Shown: positions 9,176 through 19,091, counted from the stretch's first letter. The stretch is DNA of 64,000 nt from Oscillospiraceae bacterium (GCA_017430455.1 JAFRMX010000010.1:40777-104776); one strand, 5' to 3'. Notes: a model not told the origin generated them from the letters alone. Translations and numbers: made by a program.

Positions 9176-9655
9176 TAACACATTGTTGCAGATAAAGAAA
9201 GCTGTCCGATGCATACGGACAGCCCCCTTTGTCGGACGGTACGGAAACTAAAGCTCAGCGGTTCACATTGCTCCCTGTCTTCTCGATCCTTGCAACCGAA
9301 TATATCTTTACATTTCCGGGGTAAAACAGGGCATGACAGATGCCTTGTTTTCCTGTCATGTCAGGTCGACCTGTCATTAAGTGATATGTTTTTTCGGACG
9401 ACAAATATGACAGTTTGGACAGGGGTGACAGCACAGAAAAGCAGCTGTCACCCGTCAAACCGTTGGGCTGCAATGGCGGGTGACAGGTGACAGCTGAAAT
9501 GTGATATAGCCCAAGCTGTCATCAGATAATAATACGATAAAAAAGGTGACAGCAGCGATTCTGCTGTCACCCTGTCATCAATCCGGTGTTTTCAATGCTT
9601 TGAGCGGTGACAGCATGATTTTCAAGCTGTCACCGTCTATTATGCTGTCATCAGG
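9176..9655 (-). repeat. Word-array element R2 (composite). Private word GGTGACAGC / GCTGTCACC, with degenerate ATGACAG and GCTGTCCG variants.
   Basis: Hairpins at 9201-9223, 9332-9360, 9423-9453, 9545-9571 and 9605-9635. Direct doublet GGGTGACAGGTGACAGC at 9478-9494. Extra copies at 9371, 9407, 9515, 9572 and 9644. Orientation was assigned from the scaffold motif AAAGCATTG on the minus strand. Confidence 0.85.
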
Positions 9656-9749
9656 TTCATCGGAAGTAATAATCCATAGAATAAGCATTTGCCCAAAATC
9701 GTCTGTTTTGACGGATTAATCAGCCGCCTTTTTCATCGTTACTCTTTAA

Positions 9750-10961
9750 TTATGAGATACTGTATTCTTTCCCCATAATATTGATTTGAACGACTTTAGT
9801 AATATCAATCGTGCCCGGCCATTCGGTGAATAAAATCGTAGCATCCCCCTCAAAATCGACCAACGGTGATCTTACCATTGTGATTGTACTGCCATCCTCA
9901 AATGTGAGATACGCGCTGCTCATAAGCTCATCGTAGAAGCCGTACCATCCAACAGGATTTGCACACATATCATCATGGCTAAGTCTCCATTCCGCGCAAT
10001 TTGCTGACAGGCGCACACTCAAAACTTTGCAACGACCGCCGGTACTCTCGTTGTACAGAACGATAGGCGATGTAAAATTCACTGAAGCAAAAACTGTTTC
10101 CACGCCTCGCAAAATTGAAGTCCCGTAATCATGAGAGTAAACCGGATCACCGAGTTCAAATGCAGTCGGGTTTTCTGTCACGTGATAATCTTCTCCGGGG
10201 ATTCGCATAGATTCAAAATCTAAACAGCGGACGGAAAAATACACCGGCATGGAGAAGTCCACATTATTCCTGCTGACATAGCTTTGAAGCATAAGGCTTT
10301 GAGTTTCTGCATCGTAACAGCGCGACATGATGACAGCTTTTGTTTGTTCCGGGTCTATTGCAGTAGTGGTTATTGCTGCTTCTTTCATATCTGTATCCGC
10401 AGCCAGCATGATCATTGCTGGGTCAGCGAAGTTCTTTGAAAAATCCTTACCTCTCTCGGAATCGTTCAACCAGTAGGCTTCTGGGATAGGTTTATTGCTG
10501 GCAAGACTTACAAAAGCAGTCACGAAGCTGTCATATATATAACTGTGGGCTTCTTCCTCCGTTACAGGCGCAACGCTGAAATAGACAAGCTGATTCTCTC
10601 CCTGCTGGATTGAGGAGATCAGTTGAATATGTGGGACTACGTCAGAAGCTGCCGTTTTATTGGCTTGTCCTGTTCTTGCATCAGCTTCGGTGTATTCTGT
10701 ATAACCCTCCACGGAGTTGCTTTCAATCTGTAAGGCGGCTTTCAATTCCATCTGGCGCCTTTGATTAATTGTGTACCCAACGGCGCAGGCAGTCAAAAGT
10801 GCGGCTATGATTGCCGCGACCAAAACCATACGCCATATTTTCCTATTTCTATGCCGCTGATGAGACTGATCATCAAGAAGGTGCAATACTTTGATTGTAT
10901 CTATAACACTTTCTTCCCCCATTTCCCCCACAGCACACAAAAGGGCGATAGAATCTAGCAT
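9750..10961 (-). CDS. Putative anti-sigma factor / single-pass membrane protein
   Basis: 403 aa. A short cytoplasmic N-terminus is followed by the TM segment WRMVLVAAIIAALLTACAVGY. The start overlaps the sigma-factor stop. Visibly lower GC than its surroundings. Confidence 0.6.
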   Translation of the reverse strand: MLDSIALLCAVGEMGEESVIDTIKVLHLLDDQSHQRHRNRKIWRMVLVAAIIAALLTACAVGYTINQRRQMELKAALQIESNSVEGYTEYTEADARTGQANKTAASDVVPHIQLISSIQQGENQLVYFSVAPVTEEEAHSYIYDSFVTAFVSLASNKPIPEAYWLNDSERGKDFSKNFADPAMIMLAADTDMKEAAITTTAIDPEQTKAVIMSRCYDAETQSLMLQSYVSRNNVDFSMPVYFSVRCLDFESMRIPGEDYHVTENPTAFELGDPVYSHDYGTSILRGVETVFASVNFTSPIVLYNESTGGRCKVLSVRLSANCAEWRLSHDDMCANPVGWYGFYDELMSSAYLTFEDGSTITMVRSPLVDFEGDATILFTEWPGTIDITKVVQINIMGKEYSIS

Positions 10962-11512
10962 AAGCCTTCCTCCTGTAAATATGTGCGAAGTTTGTTTCTT
11001 GTCCGATAGAGTGTTGTTTTCGTCTTGCTCTGGCTACAGCCCATGCGTTCTGAAATCTCAGCAATAGGGATTAAGAACCAGTATCGGGCTATAAACATTC
11101 TCCTTTCTGTGTCCGACAGGCCGCGCACGAAAGCGTTAACTACGGATTCCAATTCCTTTTGTTCGACCTCTTGGGCTGGATCTGCAGGAGAAGAAATACA
11201 ATCTTCCAACTCGTCCAAGGCAAGGGGCATCTCACCTCCGCCACGTTTCCGAGCCTTCCTTGCCTTAAATCGGTCAATGGCTAAATTTCGTGTGATGTAT
11301 CCCAAGAACGTCGAGAGAATAGGAGGCCGCTTGTCCGGCATGGAGTTCCATGCACTGAACCACGTGTCATTTACACATTCCTCCGCATCTTCACCATCCG
11401 CGCAAATGTTATAAGCGATAGTATAACAATATTTGCCATACTTGCGGTCTGTCTCGGATATTGCCTGTTCAGAACGCTGCCAGTACAGATCAACAATCGA
11501 TGAATCTTCCAT
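10955..11512 (-). CDS. ECF-type sigma-70 family RNA polymerase sigma factor
   Basis: 185 aa. Region 2 (EDAEECVNDTWFSAW) and region 4 HTH (IAEISERMGCSQSKTKTTLYRTRNKL). Confidence 0.85.
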   Translation of the reverse strand: MEDSSIVDLYWQRSEQAISETDRKYGKYCYTIAYNICADGEDAEECVNDTWFSAWNSMPDKRPPILSTFLGYITRNLAIDRFKARKARKRGGGEMPLALDELEDCISSPADPAQEVEQKELESVVNAFVRGLSDTERRMFIARYWFLIPIAEISERMGCSQSKTKTTLYRTRNKLRTYLQEEGLC

Positions 11513-11570
11513 ACTGATCCTCCTTGTTAAAGTGCTCTCAACCGTATATTACGAATATAATCAATATTGG

Positions 11571-11786
11571 TCACAAAAAAGTAATTCTTTTCGGATTTTG
11601 CGATGTTTCTTTTACAATCACTATCGGAGTTTCAGGATTTAGTCTCTTTGAGATTGCTTTAAAATGTTGCTTGTATGTGCTTAGCGTTTTTACTTTCACA
11701 CCTTTTGCTGCGGTGGCAGCAACAAACTGTTCAAACACTTCTTCCAATGTCATCTGATTAGCGTTCTGCATTTTTATTTTTTTCAT
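11571..11786 (-). pseudogene. Fragment of a tyrosine recombinase/integrase (N-terminal core-binding region only)
   Basis: 71-aa ORF. TLEEVFEQFVAATAAKGVKVKTLSTYKQHFKAISKRL resembles the SAM-like N-domain of phage-type integrases. No catalytic domain follows. It lies about 100 bp from tRNA-Ala. Confidence 0.5.
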
Positions 11787-11891
11787 AAAAAATACACCTC
11801 TTGTTTAACTGATTTTTCCAGAAAAAACAAGCGGTATAAAACCACATAGTAATAAACATAAAAGCCCTGAAACCATTGAGTTTCAAGGCTC

Positions 11892-11967
<76 letters not shown>

Positions 11968-11980
11968 GAGTGCAAAAGGC

Positions 11981-12009
11981 ATTGTAGCAAACAGCGCCTT
12001 TTTTGTCAA
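11981..12009 (-). promoter_or_regulatory. Consensus sigma-A promoter for tRNA-Ala
   Basis: Minus strand: TTGACA (12009-12004), 17-nt spacer, TACAAT (11986-11981), about 14 nt upstream of the tRNA 5' end. Confidence 0.75.
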
Positions 12010-12027
12010 GTCAAAAAGGCGCTGTTT
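11989..12027 (-). terminator. Terminator-like hairpin downstream of the HtrA-like gene
   Basis: AAACAGCGCCTTTT / AAAAGGCGCTGTTT 14-bp arms. There is no clean U tract after the stem. The -35 box of the tRNA promoter lies in the loop. Confidence 0.5.
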
Positions 12028-12060
12028 CTCAAAAATATAAATTGCTTTGAATGATCTTTC

Positions 12061-13368
12061 TCAGTAGAGGTCGTTGGCCTCCATAAGCGTTATCTCGACG
12101 TCGAACGTCTCGCCTTCGCGCCAGATAGTAAGCGTAAGCTTGTCCCCGACTTTCATATCTTCTTTGATGTCGAGCACCTGCTGGGTCTCGGTCACCGCCT
12201 GGCCGTTCACAGCCGTGACAATATCTCCGGCTTTGACCCCCTGCTTCGCGGCGTCGGAATTCTCGACAACGCTCACGACATACAGGCCCTCAGGGAGCTT
12301 GTATTCGCTGTTGGCCTCCTCGGGTATTCCTCCGACAGTTATGCCGATCGTGGCTCTGCCCGTCACCTCTCCGTTCTCTATCAGCGACTGGACTATCTCG
12401 ACCATCGTGTCTGTCGGGATCGCGAAGCCTATGCCCTCTATGGCGTTGTCGGTGGAGGAGGTCATCATCTTCATATTGGTGACTCCTATCACCTGGCCAT
12501 ACATGTTAAAGAGAGGTCCTCCGGAGTTTCCTTCGTTGAGGGCAGCATTTGTCTGCAGGAGCGTCATCGTGTGGCCCTTATAGTTCATCGCCCTCGAAAG
12601 ACCGGATATTATCCCGTCAGTCAGAGTCATGCGGAAGGTCTCGCCCAGCGGGTTTCCGAGCGCCGCGACCTTCTGGCCGACTTTGATGTCCTCCGTGGTT
12701 CCCAGCTGCGCGGGTACAAGTCCCTCCGCCTCTATCTTCAGAAGGGCTATGTCGCTTATGGAGTCGGCCCCTATGAGCTTGGCATCGAAGGTCCGGTCGT
12801 CATGAAGGGTGACTGTAGCACTGCTGCACTCCTCGATTATATGAGTGTTTGTCAGAATCAGCCCGTCCTCCGAGAGCACGAAGCCCGTGCCCCAGTAATA
12901 GCCTGAGCTTCCGTCTGCATAGGCTGTTATGCTTACAACGGATTCATAGCAGTTCTCATACAGCTCGCTCAGATTCATCTCCTCGCCGGACGCCTTTTTC
13001 ACGTCAGGCTTGAAACTGACTTCTCCTGCGTATTTCTCTATATATACCTCAGTATTGGCCGATTCATCTGAAGGAGCGTAGTACTGGGCAAAGAAATCGT
13101 GGAAGTTTTCGGGCATGTCGGAAAAAGCGTCATCCGGTTTGTCCTGTGATGAATCGTAGCTCCAGCTCTCAAACTGCACGGCAGGCCTTTTAAGCCCGAA
13201 GATGCCGTATCCGGCAGCTCCGAGAAGAATGGCCGCCACGAGAACGAGCGCTATTATCCTTGCAGTTTTGTTTTTCTTCCGCTCCGGCACCGGTGCCGGT
13301 TCCGGCTTCTTTTCCGGTTCTGCCGGAACATACCAGCAGCTGCTGTTTAATCCGTTATGATCTTCCAT
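12061..13368 (-). CDS. htrA: HtrA/DegP-family serine protease with PDZ domain, membrane anchored
   Basis: N-terminal TM segment, catalytic context TNTHI / DIALLKI / GNSGGPL, and a C-terminal PDZ (GVKAGDIVTAVNG). Confidence 0.9.
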   Translation of the reverse strand: MEDHNGLNSSCWYVPAEPEKKPEPAPVPERKKNKTARIIALVLVAAILLGAAGYGIFGLKRPAVQFESWSYDSSQDKPDDAFSDMPENFHDFFAQYYAPSDESANTEVYIEKYAGEVSFKPDVKKASGEEMNLSELYENCYESVVSITAYADGSSGYYWGTGFVLSEDGLILTNTHIIEECSSATVTLHDDRTFDAKLIGADSISDIALLKIEAEGLVPAQLGTTEDIKVGQKVAALGNPLGETFRMTLTDGIISGLSRAMNYKGHTMTLLQTNAALNEGNSGGPLFNMYGQVIGVTNMKMMTSSTDNAIEGIGFAIPTDTMVEIVQSLIENGEVTGRATIGITVGGIPEEANSEYKLPEGLYVVSVVENSDAAKQGVKAGDIVTAVNGQAVTETQQVLDIKEDMKVGDKLTLTIWREGETFDVEITLMEANDLY

Positions 13369-13386
13369 TCATTCAACCTCTTGAAT

Positions 13387-14811
13387 CTACGCTAAAGTAA
13401 GTGTGAAGACGAACTCTGTTATACCGTCTTTCGATGTGACCGCGATATCCTCGTCATGCGAGTTTACGATCTCCTTCACAAGGTACAGCCCCAGGCCTAC
13501 GCCGGTTTTGTCGAGGCTTCTCGACCTGTCGGACTTATGGAACCTGTCGAAGATATAGGGAAGATCGTCCTCGGGAATGGTCTCGCCTTTGTCTTTTACG
13601 GAGAAATACGCCTTCTCGTCGTCCCTGTAGACGCGGATCGTGATGCAGCTTCCGTTCTCCGCGAATTTCACGGCATTGTCTATGAGATTGTATATAACCT
13701 GGACTATCGCGTCCTTATCCGCCTTTACCATGACGGGGCTGTCCGGGAGCTGCGGATCCACATCCAGGTCCTTGGCAGTCGCGCGGGACTCGAAGTTTAT
13801 GAGCGTAAGCGCGACAGTCTCTCCAAGGTCGAAGGTCTCATATCTGGATCTGTCCTTTATTCTGGCCGTGAGCTGGGAGACATCCAGCATGCTCCTGACG
13901 AGCCTCGAGAGTCTCCTGGTCTCGTCGCGAATGGAGGTCAGATATTTCTCCTCGCTCTCCTTAGGTATCGTACCGTCCAGGATCCCGTCCGCGAAACCCG
14001 CGATCGTAGTCATAGGCGTCCTCAGCTCATGGGCGACGTTCGATATGAATTCCGACCTTCTCTCCTCTGCTTTCTCAAGCGAGTCCGCCATCGTGTTGAA
14101 AGACTCGATAAGAACGCCCATTTCATCGTCGACGTCCTCGGCCTTGTTGACTCTGACCGAGAAATCTCCTCTCGCGAAGCGCCTTGAGGCAGCAGCCATT
14201 TCATCGAGCGGCTTTGCCATATGCTTCGAGTAGGCAAGGGCGAAGAGCATGGCAAGAACGAATATTATGACCCCGACGAGCACGCTCGGGATGACGAAAG
14301 ATGGATAGGCTCCGAGCATCCCTGCCTTCTCGCCCGTAACAAATATGAAGCCCAGGATCTTCGTCCCGTCGGAGCTTCTGACCGTGCGGGCGGAGATATA
14401 GCTCTCTTCATATGATTCGACGTCCAGCGACCCCTGCTCATCATAAGTGCCGTTTTCGAGCAGCGCGGCGACCATGTCTGGGTCAGTCTTCATGCCTATA
14501 TGCTTGCATACCGGGCCGTTGTCGCTGCAGGCCGTAACCGTTCCGGAGGTATCCGCAAGAAGGATCCTGTTTCCCGTGCTTCCGGCGACCGTGGTGAGTA
14601 TGAGCCCTATGTTCCACTCGTCCGGGTCATCATCCGTGGAGAGCGCGGTAACGATCCTCGAGACCTCAGCTGCCGTATTGGCCATGGACCTTCTGTAGTC
14701 CGCCACCACATAGCTGCGGCTTATCACAGTAAAGGAGGAGACCACGAGCAGGAAGGCGACCAGGACTATCAGCGCGGTGGCTGCAAAGTTTTTGAGGTAT
14801 ATGCTTTTCAA
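13387..14811 (-). CDS. Sensor histidine kinase (two TM segments, HAMP, HisKA, HATPase_c)
   Basis: H-box SNVAHELRTPMTTI, N-box NLIDNAVKF, G-boxes DKGETIP and GVGLGLYLV. Confidence 0.9.
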   Translation of the reverse strand: MKSIYLKNFAATALIVLVAFLLVVSSFTVISRSYVVADYRRSMANTAAEVSRIVTALSTDDDPDEWNIGLILTTVAGSTGNRILLADTSGTVTACSDNGPVCKHIGMKTDPDMVAALLENGTYDEQGSLDVESYEESYISARTVRSSDGTKILGFIFVTGEKAGMLGAYPSFVIPSVLVGVIIFVLAMLFALAYSKHMAKPLDEMAAASRRFARGDFSVRVNKAEDVDDEMGVLIESFNTMADSLEKAEERRSEFISNVAHELRTPMTTIAGFADGILDGTIPKESEEKYLTSIRDETRRLSRLVRSMLDVSQLTARIKDRSRYETFDLGETVALTLINFESRATAKDLDVDPQLPDSPVMVKADKDAIVQVIYNLIDNAVKFAENGSCITIRVYRDDEKAYFSVKDKGETIPEDDLPYIFDRFHKSDRSRSLDKTGVGLGLYLVKEIVNSHDEDIAVTSKDGITEFVFTLTLA

Positions 14812-14812
14812 G

Positions 14813-15496
14813 TTATCCCATGACCTCGAACTTGTAACCGACGCCCCAGACCGTCTTCAGGGACCATTTGTCGGATACGCCCTCGAGCTTTTCGCGAAGT
14901 CTCTTTATATGCACGTCAACTGTTCTGGAATCTCCGAAATAGTCGAAGCCCCATACCTCGTCCAGAAGCTGGTTCCTTGTAAAGACCCTGTTCGGCGAAG
15001 ATGCCAGATGATAGAGCAGCTCCATCTCTTTCGGAGGAGTGTCTATCTTCTCTCCGTCCACTATGAGCTCATACGAATCGAGGTTTATAGTGAGCTTGTC
15101 GAAATCAAGCTTCTTTTCTCCGACCGTATCTCCCTCGCTCCTCCTCATAACAGCATGGACTCTCGCGATGAGCTCCTTGACCTCGAAAGGTTTCGTGATA
15201 TAGTCGTCAGCTCCCATCTCGAGGCCGGTGACCTTGTCCTTGGTCTCGCCTTTGGCCGTGAGCATGATTATGGGCGTCGTGGATTTGCCTCTTATATAAT
15301 TGCAGACTTCCCATCCGTTTTTCACCGGAAGCATTATGTCCAACAGGACCACATCGGGCTGGAAAAGATCGAAGGACGACTCCGCTTTTCCTCCGTCTGC
15401 AGCGATCATAACCTCAAATCCGTCTTTGGAGAGGTAGAGCCTCAGAAGCTCTGCAATATTGCTGTCGTCTTCGACTACGAGCGCGCGTTTGTTCAT
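14813..15496 (-). CDS. OmpR/PhoB-family response regulator
   Basis: Receiver domain (VVEDD...LLDIMLP...LTAKG) followed by a winged-helix output domain (TVWGVGYKF). Confidence 0.9.
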   Translation of the reverse strand: MNKRALVVEDDSNIAELLRLYLSKDGFEVMIAADGGKAESSFDLFQPDVVLLDIMLPVKNGWEVCNYIRGKSTTPIIMLTAKGETKDKVTGLEMGADDYITKPFEVKELIARVHAVMRRSEGDTVGEKKLDFDKLTINLDSYELIVDGEKIDTPPKEMELLYHLASSPNRVFTRNQLLDEVWGFDYFGDSRTVDVHIKRLREKLEGVSDKWSLKTVWGVGYKFEVMG

Positions 15497-15647
15497 AGTG
15501 TATTTCCCCCTTTTTCTCTTATGCTGCCTAATATTCTGCGAAAATTATATACTTATCGGGTCTTTATATGTTACAAAATTGAGAATTAATGCCTTTAAAA
15601 GAGAGGATGCCCGAGGGCATCCTCCCGTGATCGGTTGTATTCCGGTA

Positions 15648-16193
15648 TCAGTAGTCCTGCATGCCGTCGTCACAGATAAGACCGTAGCCGCCGTTCTTGC
15701 GGGTATATACCACAGATATCGCTTCTTCCGCATCGGTGTTCTTGAATACGAAAAATTCGTGGCCGAGAAGGTTCATCTGAAGTATTGCCTCTTCCGGGGA
15801 CATTGGTTTGATGGAGAAGCGTTTGCTCCTGACGATCCTGAAATCGTCTTCGTCGCTCTCCTCAACGGCGGGAGCGGGCTGCTCAAAATCGAGAGAGCCC
15901 TCCTTGAGACGTTTTTCAAGCCTTGTCTTGTTTCTTCTGATCTGCCTGTCGATAGCGGCGACTCCGGAATCGACGGATGCATACATGTCGTTTGTCAGCT
16001 CACTGGCGCGGTAGTACATACCGTTGTTGTGGATCGTGATCTCCGCTCTGAACCTTCCGCGCTCGAGGCTGAAGGTGACATACGCATCTGCTTCCGTTTT
16101 GAAGAATCTGTCAAGCTTGCTGATCTTTTTGATCGCGTACGCTCTCAGCTCTTCAGAGGAATCCATTTTCTTTTCGGTAAAAGTGAACTTCAT
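15648..16193 (-). CDS. hpf: Ribosome hibernation-promoting factor (long form)
   Basis: 181 aa. N-terminal S30AE domain and a C-terminal dimerisation domain (KPMSPEEAILQMNLLGHEFFVFKN). Confidence 0.9.
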   Translation of the reverse strand: MKFTFTEKKMDSSEELRAYAIKKISKLDRFFKTEADAYVTFSLERGRFRAEITIHNNGMYYRASELTNDMYASVDSGVAAIDRQIRRNKTRLEKRLKEGSLDFEQPAPAVEESDEDDFRIVRSKRFSIKPMSPEEAILQMNLLGHEFFVFKNTDAEEAISVVYTRKNGGYGLICDDGMQDY

Positions 16194-16268
16194 GATATAG
16201 AGCTCCTTTCTTTTGCTGATTATATTATAGCACAGAATTCTGCAGCAATGTTAACAGAAATTCCGATC

Positions 16269-18026
16269 TCAATTTGTGTAAATTATACAATTGGGGAGCA
16301 TATCCCGCAGGTACATTATGTCCTCTTCAGGGATCGGATTTCCTCCGATATAGAGATATCTGAGGTTCGTTAGCCCGCCGAGGCATTTTATGTCGCTGAC
16401 GAGATTATTCGATATGTCGACAGTCTCAAGCGAGGTCATGAGATTGAGAGGGCTTACGTCGGAGATCAGATTGTCCGAGAGATCGAGGGAATAGATCGGG
16501 GCTGTCACATAGGAAAAGACATATATATTCTCTATGCTGTTGCCCTCGAGATTGAGCACCCTGAGCTCCTTCAGTTCCTCAATGGGGCTGATGTCCTGGA
16601 GCCCTATGCGCGACGCGTCCACCTCGGTATCGGAGGAGCTGAACACCCTGGAGCCCAGAACGATCTGGAAATTCAGATCATCGTGCATTACAGCCGAGGC
16701 CGTTATCTGCGTCTTCAGCTTTTCCACGGCGCTTCCGGTCAGCGCGGGGTTGTCGAGTATGCTCAGTGTGAAGATACTGCTGTAGCCGTAAAAATAGGGA
16801 AGATCGGCATCCGTGAGGCCTGTCCCGTCCAGGGTGAGGACGGAGAGCTGCCTGAGCTTTCTGAAGGTGGAGAAGTTCGTGATCGGATTTCCGTTTAAGT
16901 GGAGCTCGCTCAGATTCGGAAGGCTGCCGAGAGCAGCCACGGACATGATGCCGTTCCCGTCGGCGTTGATGTTCTTAAGAGTGGTGAGCCCCATGAGAGG
17001 CCTTATGTCCGAAATGTTGTTGTATGAAATGTTGAGAGTCTCCAGCGTCGGGATATCCATGAGCGGGGTAAGGTCGTAGATCGCGTTGTACGCGAGGTTC
17101 AGATTTTTCAGATGTCTGCAGTTCGAAAGTGCCGAAATGTCCGAGATCCCGCATCCGGAAAGATCCAGGCTCTCCGAGGCAGAGGAAAAGCTTCTGCCGC
17201 CCAGAGTGATGTCAGAGGCCGCCTCCTCCGCCTTTTCGCTGTGAATGGAGCAGTCCGGAAGCGCATTCATAAGACTCTGGAGCTGGTGATCGGTGATGTT
17301 TATCCCCTTAACGCTGAGCGTTGTAAGGCCGCTGAGCGAATAAAGCGGGGAGAAATCCGCAATCGGGTTGTTGTCGAGATACAGGGTCCGGAGACCGGTC
17401 AGGGATGAGAGGGGACTCAGGTCGCCTATGGAGTTGTCCGAGAGGTTGAGAGTCCGAAGCCCGCCGAGAGATGAGAGAAAGCCTATATTCTGAATGTTGT
17501 TGTTCTCGAGCGACACGTTGCTCAGCGAGTAGAGCAGGCTGATATTCGAAAGGTCTGCATCCGTAAGGCCTCTGCTGCTCAGAAGCAGGCTCGTGGCATT
17601 TTTGGAGAACTTCTCTCCGGCAATCTCCACCATATCTGCAGCATTAGCCGCAGTGCGCCTCTCTTCAACCTCCGAAATGAGTTTGAGGGTGTCATAGTTT
17701 TCTGAGGAGACCTCTGTCAGGATCTCGATGGCCTTGTCGAACTCGCCCATCCTGCAGTAGCACTCGGAGAGCATGACGAGGCACTCGTCAGTCTCTTCAA
17801 GATCAGCGGCTTTTCTCAGCAGCGGCGCGGCTTCCTGATAATTCCCTGCGTCAAAGTATTCCTGCGCGCTCTGACGGAGATTCCTGTATTCACCGGATTC
17901 CGTCCTGTTGCGGACGATCGCGGCCGCAAGCACGATTATCAGGAGAAGTAGCACCGCGATCGCGCTGTATAAAATTTTTCTGATCGGTATGCCGAAAATG
18001 ATTCCCGGCGTCCTGTTCCCGTTCAT
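16269..18026 (-). CDS. Membrane-anchored leucine-rich-repeat protein with an N-terminal TPR-like region
   Basis: N-terminal TM segment, then about 20 tandem 22-residue LxxLxLxxNxIxDIxPL repeats. Confidence 0.8.
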   Translation of the reverse strand: MNGNRTPGIIFGIPIRKILYSAIAVLLLLIIVLAAAIVRNRTESGEYRNLRQSAQEYFDAGNYQEAAPLLRKAADLEETDECLVMLSECYCRMGEFDKAIEILTEVSSENYDTLKLISEVEERRTAANAADMVEIAGEKFSKNATSLLLSSRGLTDADLSNISLLYSLSNVSLENNNIQNIGFLSSLGGLRTLNLSDNSIGDLSPLSSLTGLRTLYLDNNPIADFSPLYSLSGLTTLSVKGINITDHQLQSLMNALPDCSIHSEKAEEAASDITLGGRSFSSASESLDLSGCGISDISALSNCRHLKNLNLAYNAIYDLTPLMDIPTLETLNISYNNISDIRPLMGLTTLKNINADGNGIMSVAALGSLPNLSELHLNGNPITNFSTFRKLRQLSVLTLDGTGLTDADLPYFYGYSSIFTLSILDNPALTGSAVEKLKTQITASAVMHDDLNFQIVLGSRVFSSSDTEVDASRIGLQDISPIEELKELRVLNLEGNSIENIYVFSYVTAPIYSLDLSDNLISDVSPLNLMTSLETVDISNNLVSDIKCLGGLTNLRYLYIGGNPIPEEDIMYLRDMLPNCIIYTN

Positions 18027-18129
18027 CGCTGTCGTCTCGATATTATGTAAACTCTATTAATGTAAACGTTATTATAACACACTTGCGCGCGAAATGAAAT
18101 ACGCAAATGCTATTTGCCGAAATTATATC

Positions 18130-18906
18130 TTAATCGAGTCCCTGCTCCTTCTGCCAGATATCCATCACGTTTTTGTGCGGGAGCAGTTTGGCTCCGGCCA
18201 TCTCCGCTCTTGCCGTGAGTCCGGGCTTGCAGACGTCCTTCCCCTTCTCAAGATCGCGCCAGGCGCAGCTGACGACGTATTCCGGCTTGTACAGAGCGTC
18301 GTATTTTCGGACTACGGGCTTTCTTCCGGGTATGATCGCCCTTTCGAAGAATTCGGTCGCCGTCCAGAAGGGGCAGACCGCGAGTACGGATATTCCTCTG
18401 CTTTTCAGCTCCCTGTTCAGAGCGCGGCTGAACGACAACACAAAAGCTTTGGTCGCTCCGTATACGTTTATATAAGGTATGGGCTGGTGCGCGGCTACAG
18501 ACGCGATGTTTACTATACGGCTGCCTTCATTCATATAGGGCTCGCTTATCTGGCACATTGACATGAGCGCAGTGCAGTTCAAGTCCACCATATTTTGGTT
18601 TTCCTCAAGAGGGACCTCAAATGTCCCGCAGAACTTCCCAAATCCGCTGCAGTTGATCAGAAGGTCTATCTCCGGTCTTTCCGTTTCAAGGAGATCAGCG
18701 TATTTTTCCAGATTCTCCCTGTCCGTAAGGTCCATAGGCAGAGGCCGGACCGGAACATTTACAAGGCTTTTGAGTTCTTCGAGCCTGTCCTCCCTGCGCG
18801 CGATCGCCCAAAGCTCGTCAAATCTCCCGTGTTTTTCCGCAGTAAGCGCAAAACATCTTCCTATCCCGCTCGAGGCGCCCGTAATGACAGCTATTCTTTT
18901 TCCCAT
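18130..18906 (-). CDS. SDR-family oxidoreductase
   Basis: TGASSGIG cofactor motif and the YGATK catalytic motif. Confidence 0.85.
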   Translation of the reverse strand: MGKRIAVITGASSGIGRCFALTAEKHGRFDELWAIARREDRLEELKSLVNVPVRPLPMDLTDRENLEKYADLLETERPEIDLLINCSGFGKFCGTFEVPLEENQNMVDLNCTALMSMCQISEPYMNEGSRIVNIASVAAHQPIPYINVYGATKAFVLSFSRALNRELKSRGISVLAVCPFWTATEFFERAIIPGRKPVVRKYDALYKPEYVVSCAWRDLEKGKDVCKPGLTARAEMAGAKLLPHKNVMDIWQKEQGLD

Positions 18907-19021
18907 GGTATATTCCCCGCCTTTCAGTCGTTTAATTTTAAGTGTTTATATTATATATTCTGCTGCCGTAAATAGCAAACGGCAGGCTCAAGTATAAAAA
19001 GGCGGCATCGAACATAATTTA

Positions 19022-19050
19022 TTGCAAATATCTCTCCCCGCTGATATAAT
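19022..19050 (+). promoter_or_regulatory. Sigma-A promoter upstream of glyQS
   Basis: TTGCAA, 17-nt spacer, TATAAT. Confidence 0.6.
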
Positions 19051-19091
19051 TCATTTTTGTAAAAAAAACATTAAAATAAGGAAGAAGTTCA

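Noticed and set aside
9209-9490. ORFs of 93 aa (+) and 72 aa (-, 9255-9473) from the track, lying inside element R2
   Set aside because: They have no RBS and low-complexity translations dictated by the repeated word. They overlap each other on opposite strands and are almost certainly non-coding.
9176-9655. Possible CRISPR array. The same question applies to 1938-2157 and 56502-56718.
   Set aside because: The repeat units are only 8-12 nt. They occur in both orientations, are irregularly spaced and often abut one another. No unique spacers of regular length and no cas genes are present in the window.
16269-18026. LRR protein as a possible NLR-like defence sensor
   Set aside because: It has an N-terminal membrane anchor and TPR-like region, and no NTPase or effector domain. 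It looks like an ordinary surface-exposed internalin-type LRR protein.
18907-19091. Expected T-box leader upstream of glyQS
   Set aside because: The intergenic region is only about 185 nt. It lacks the conserved T-box sequence (AGGGTGGTACCGCG-like) and any specifier or terminator arrangement. Only a plain promoter was found.
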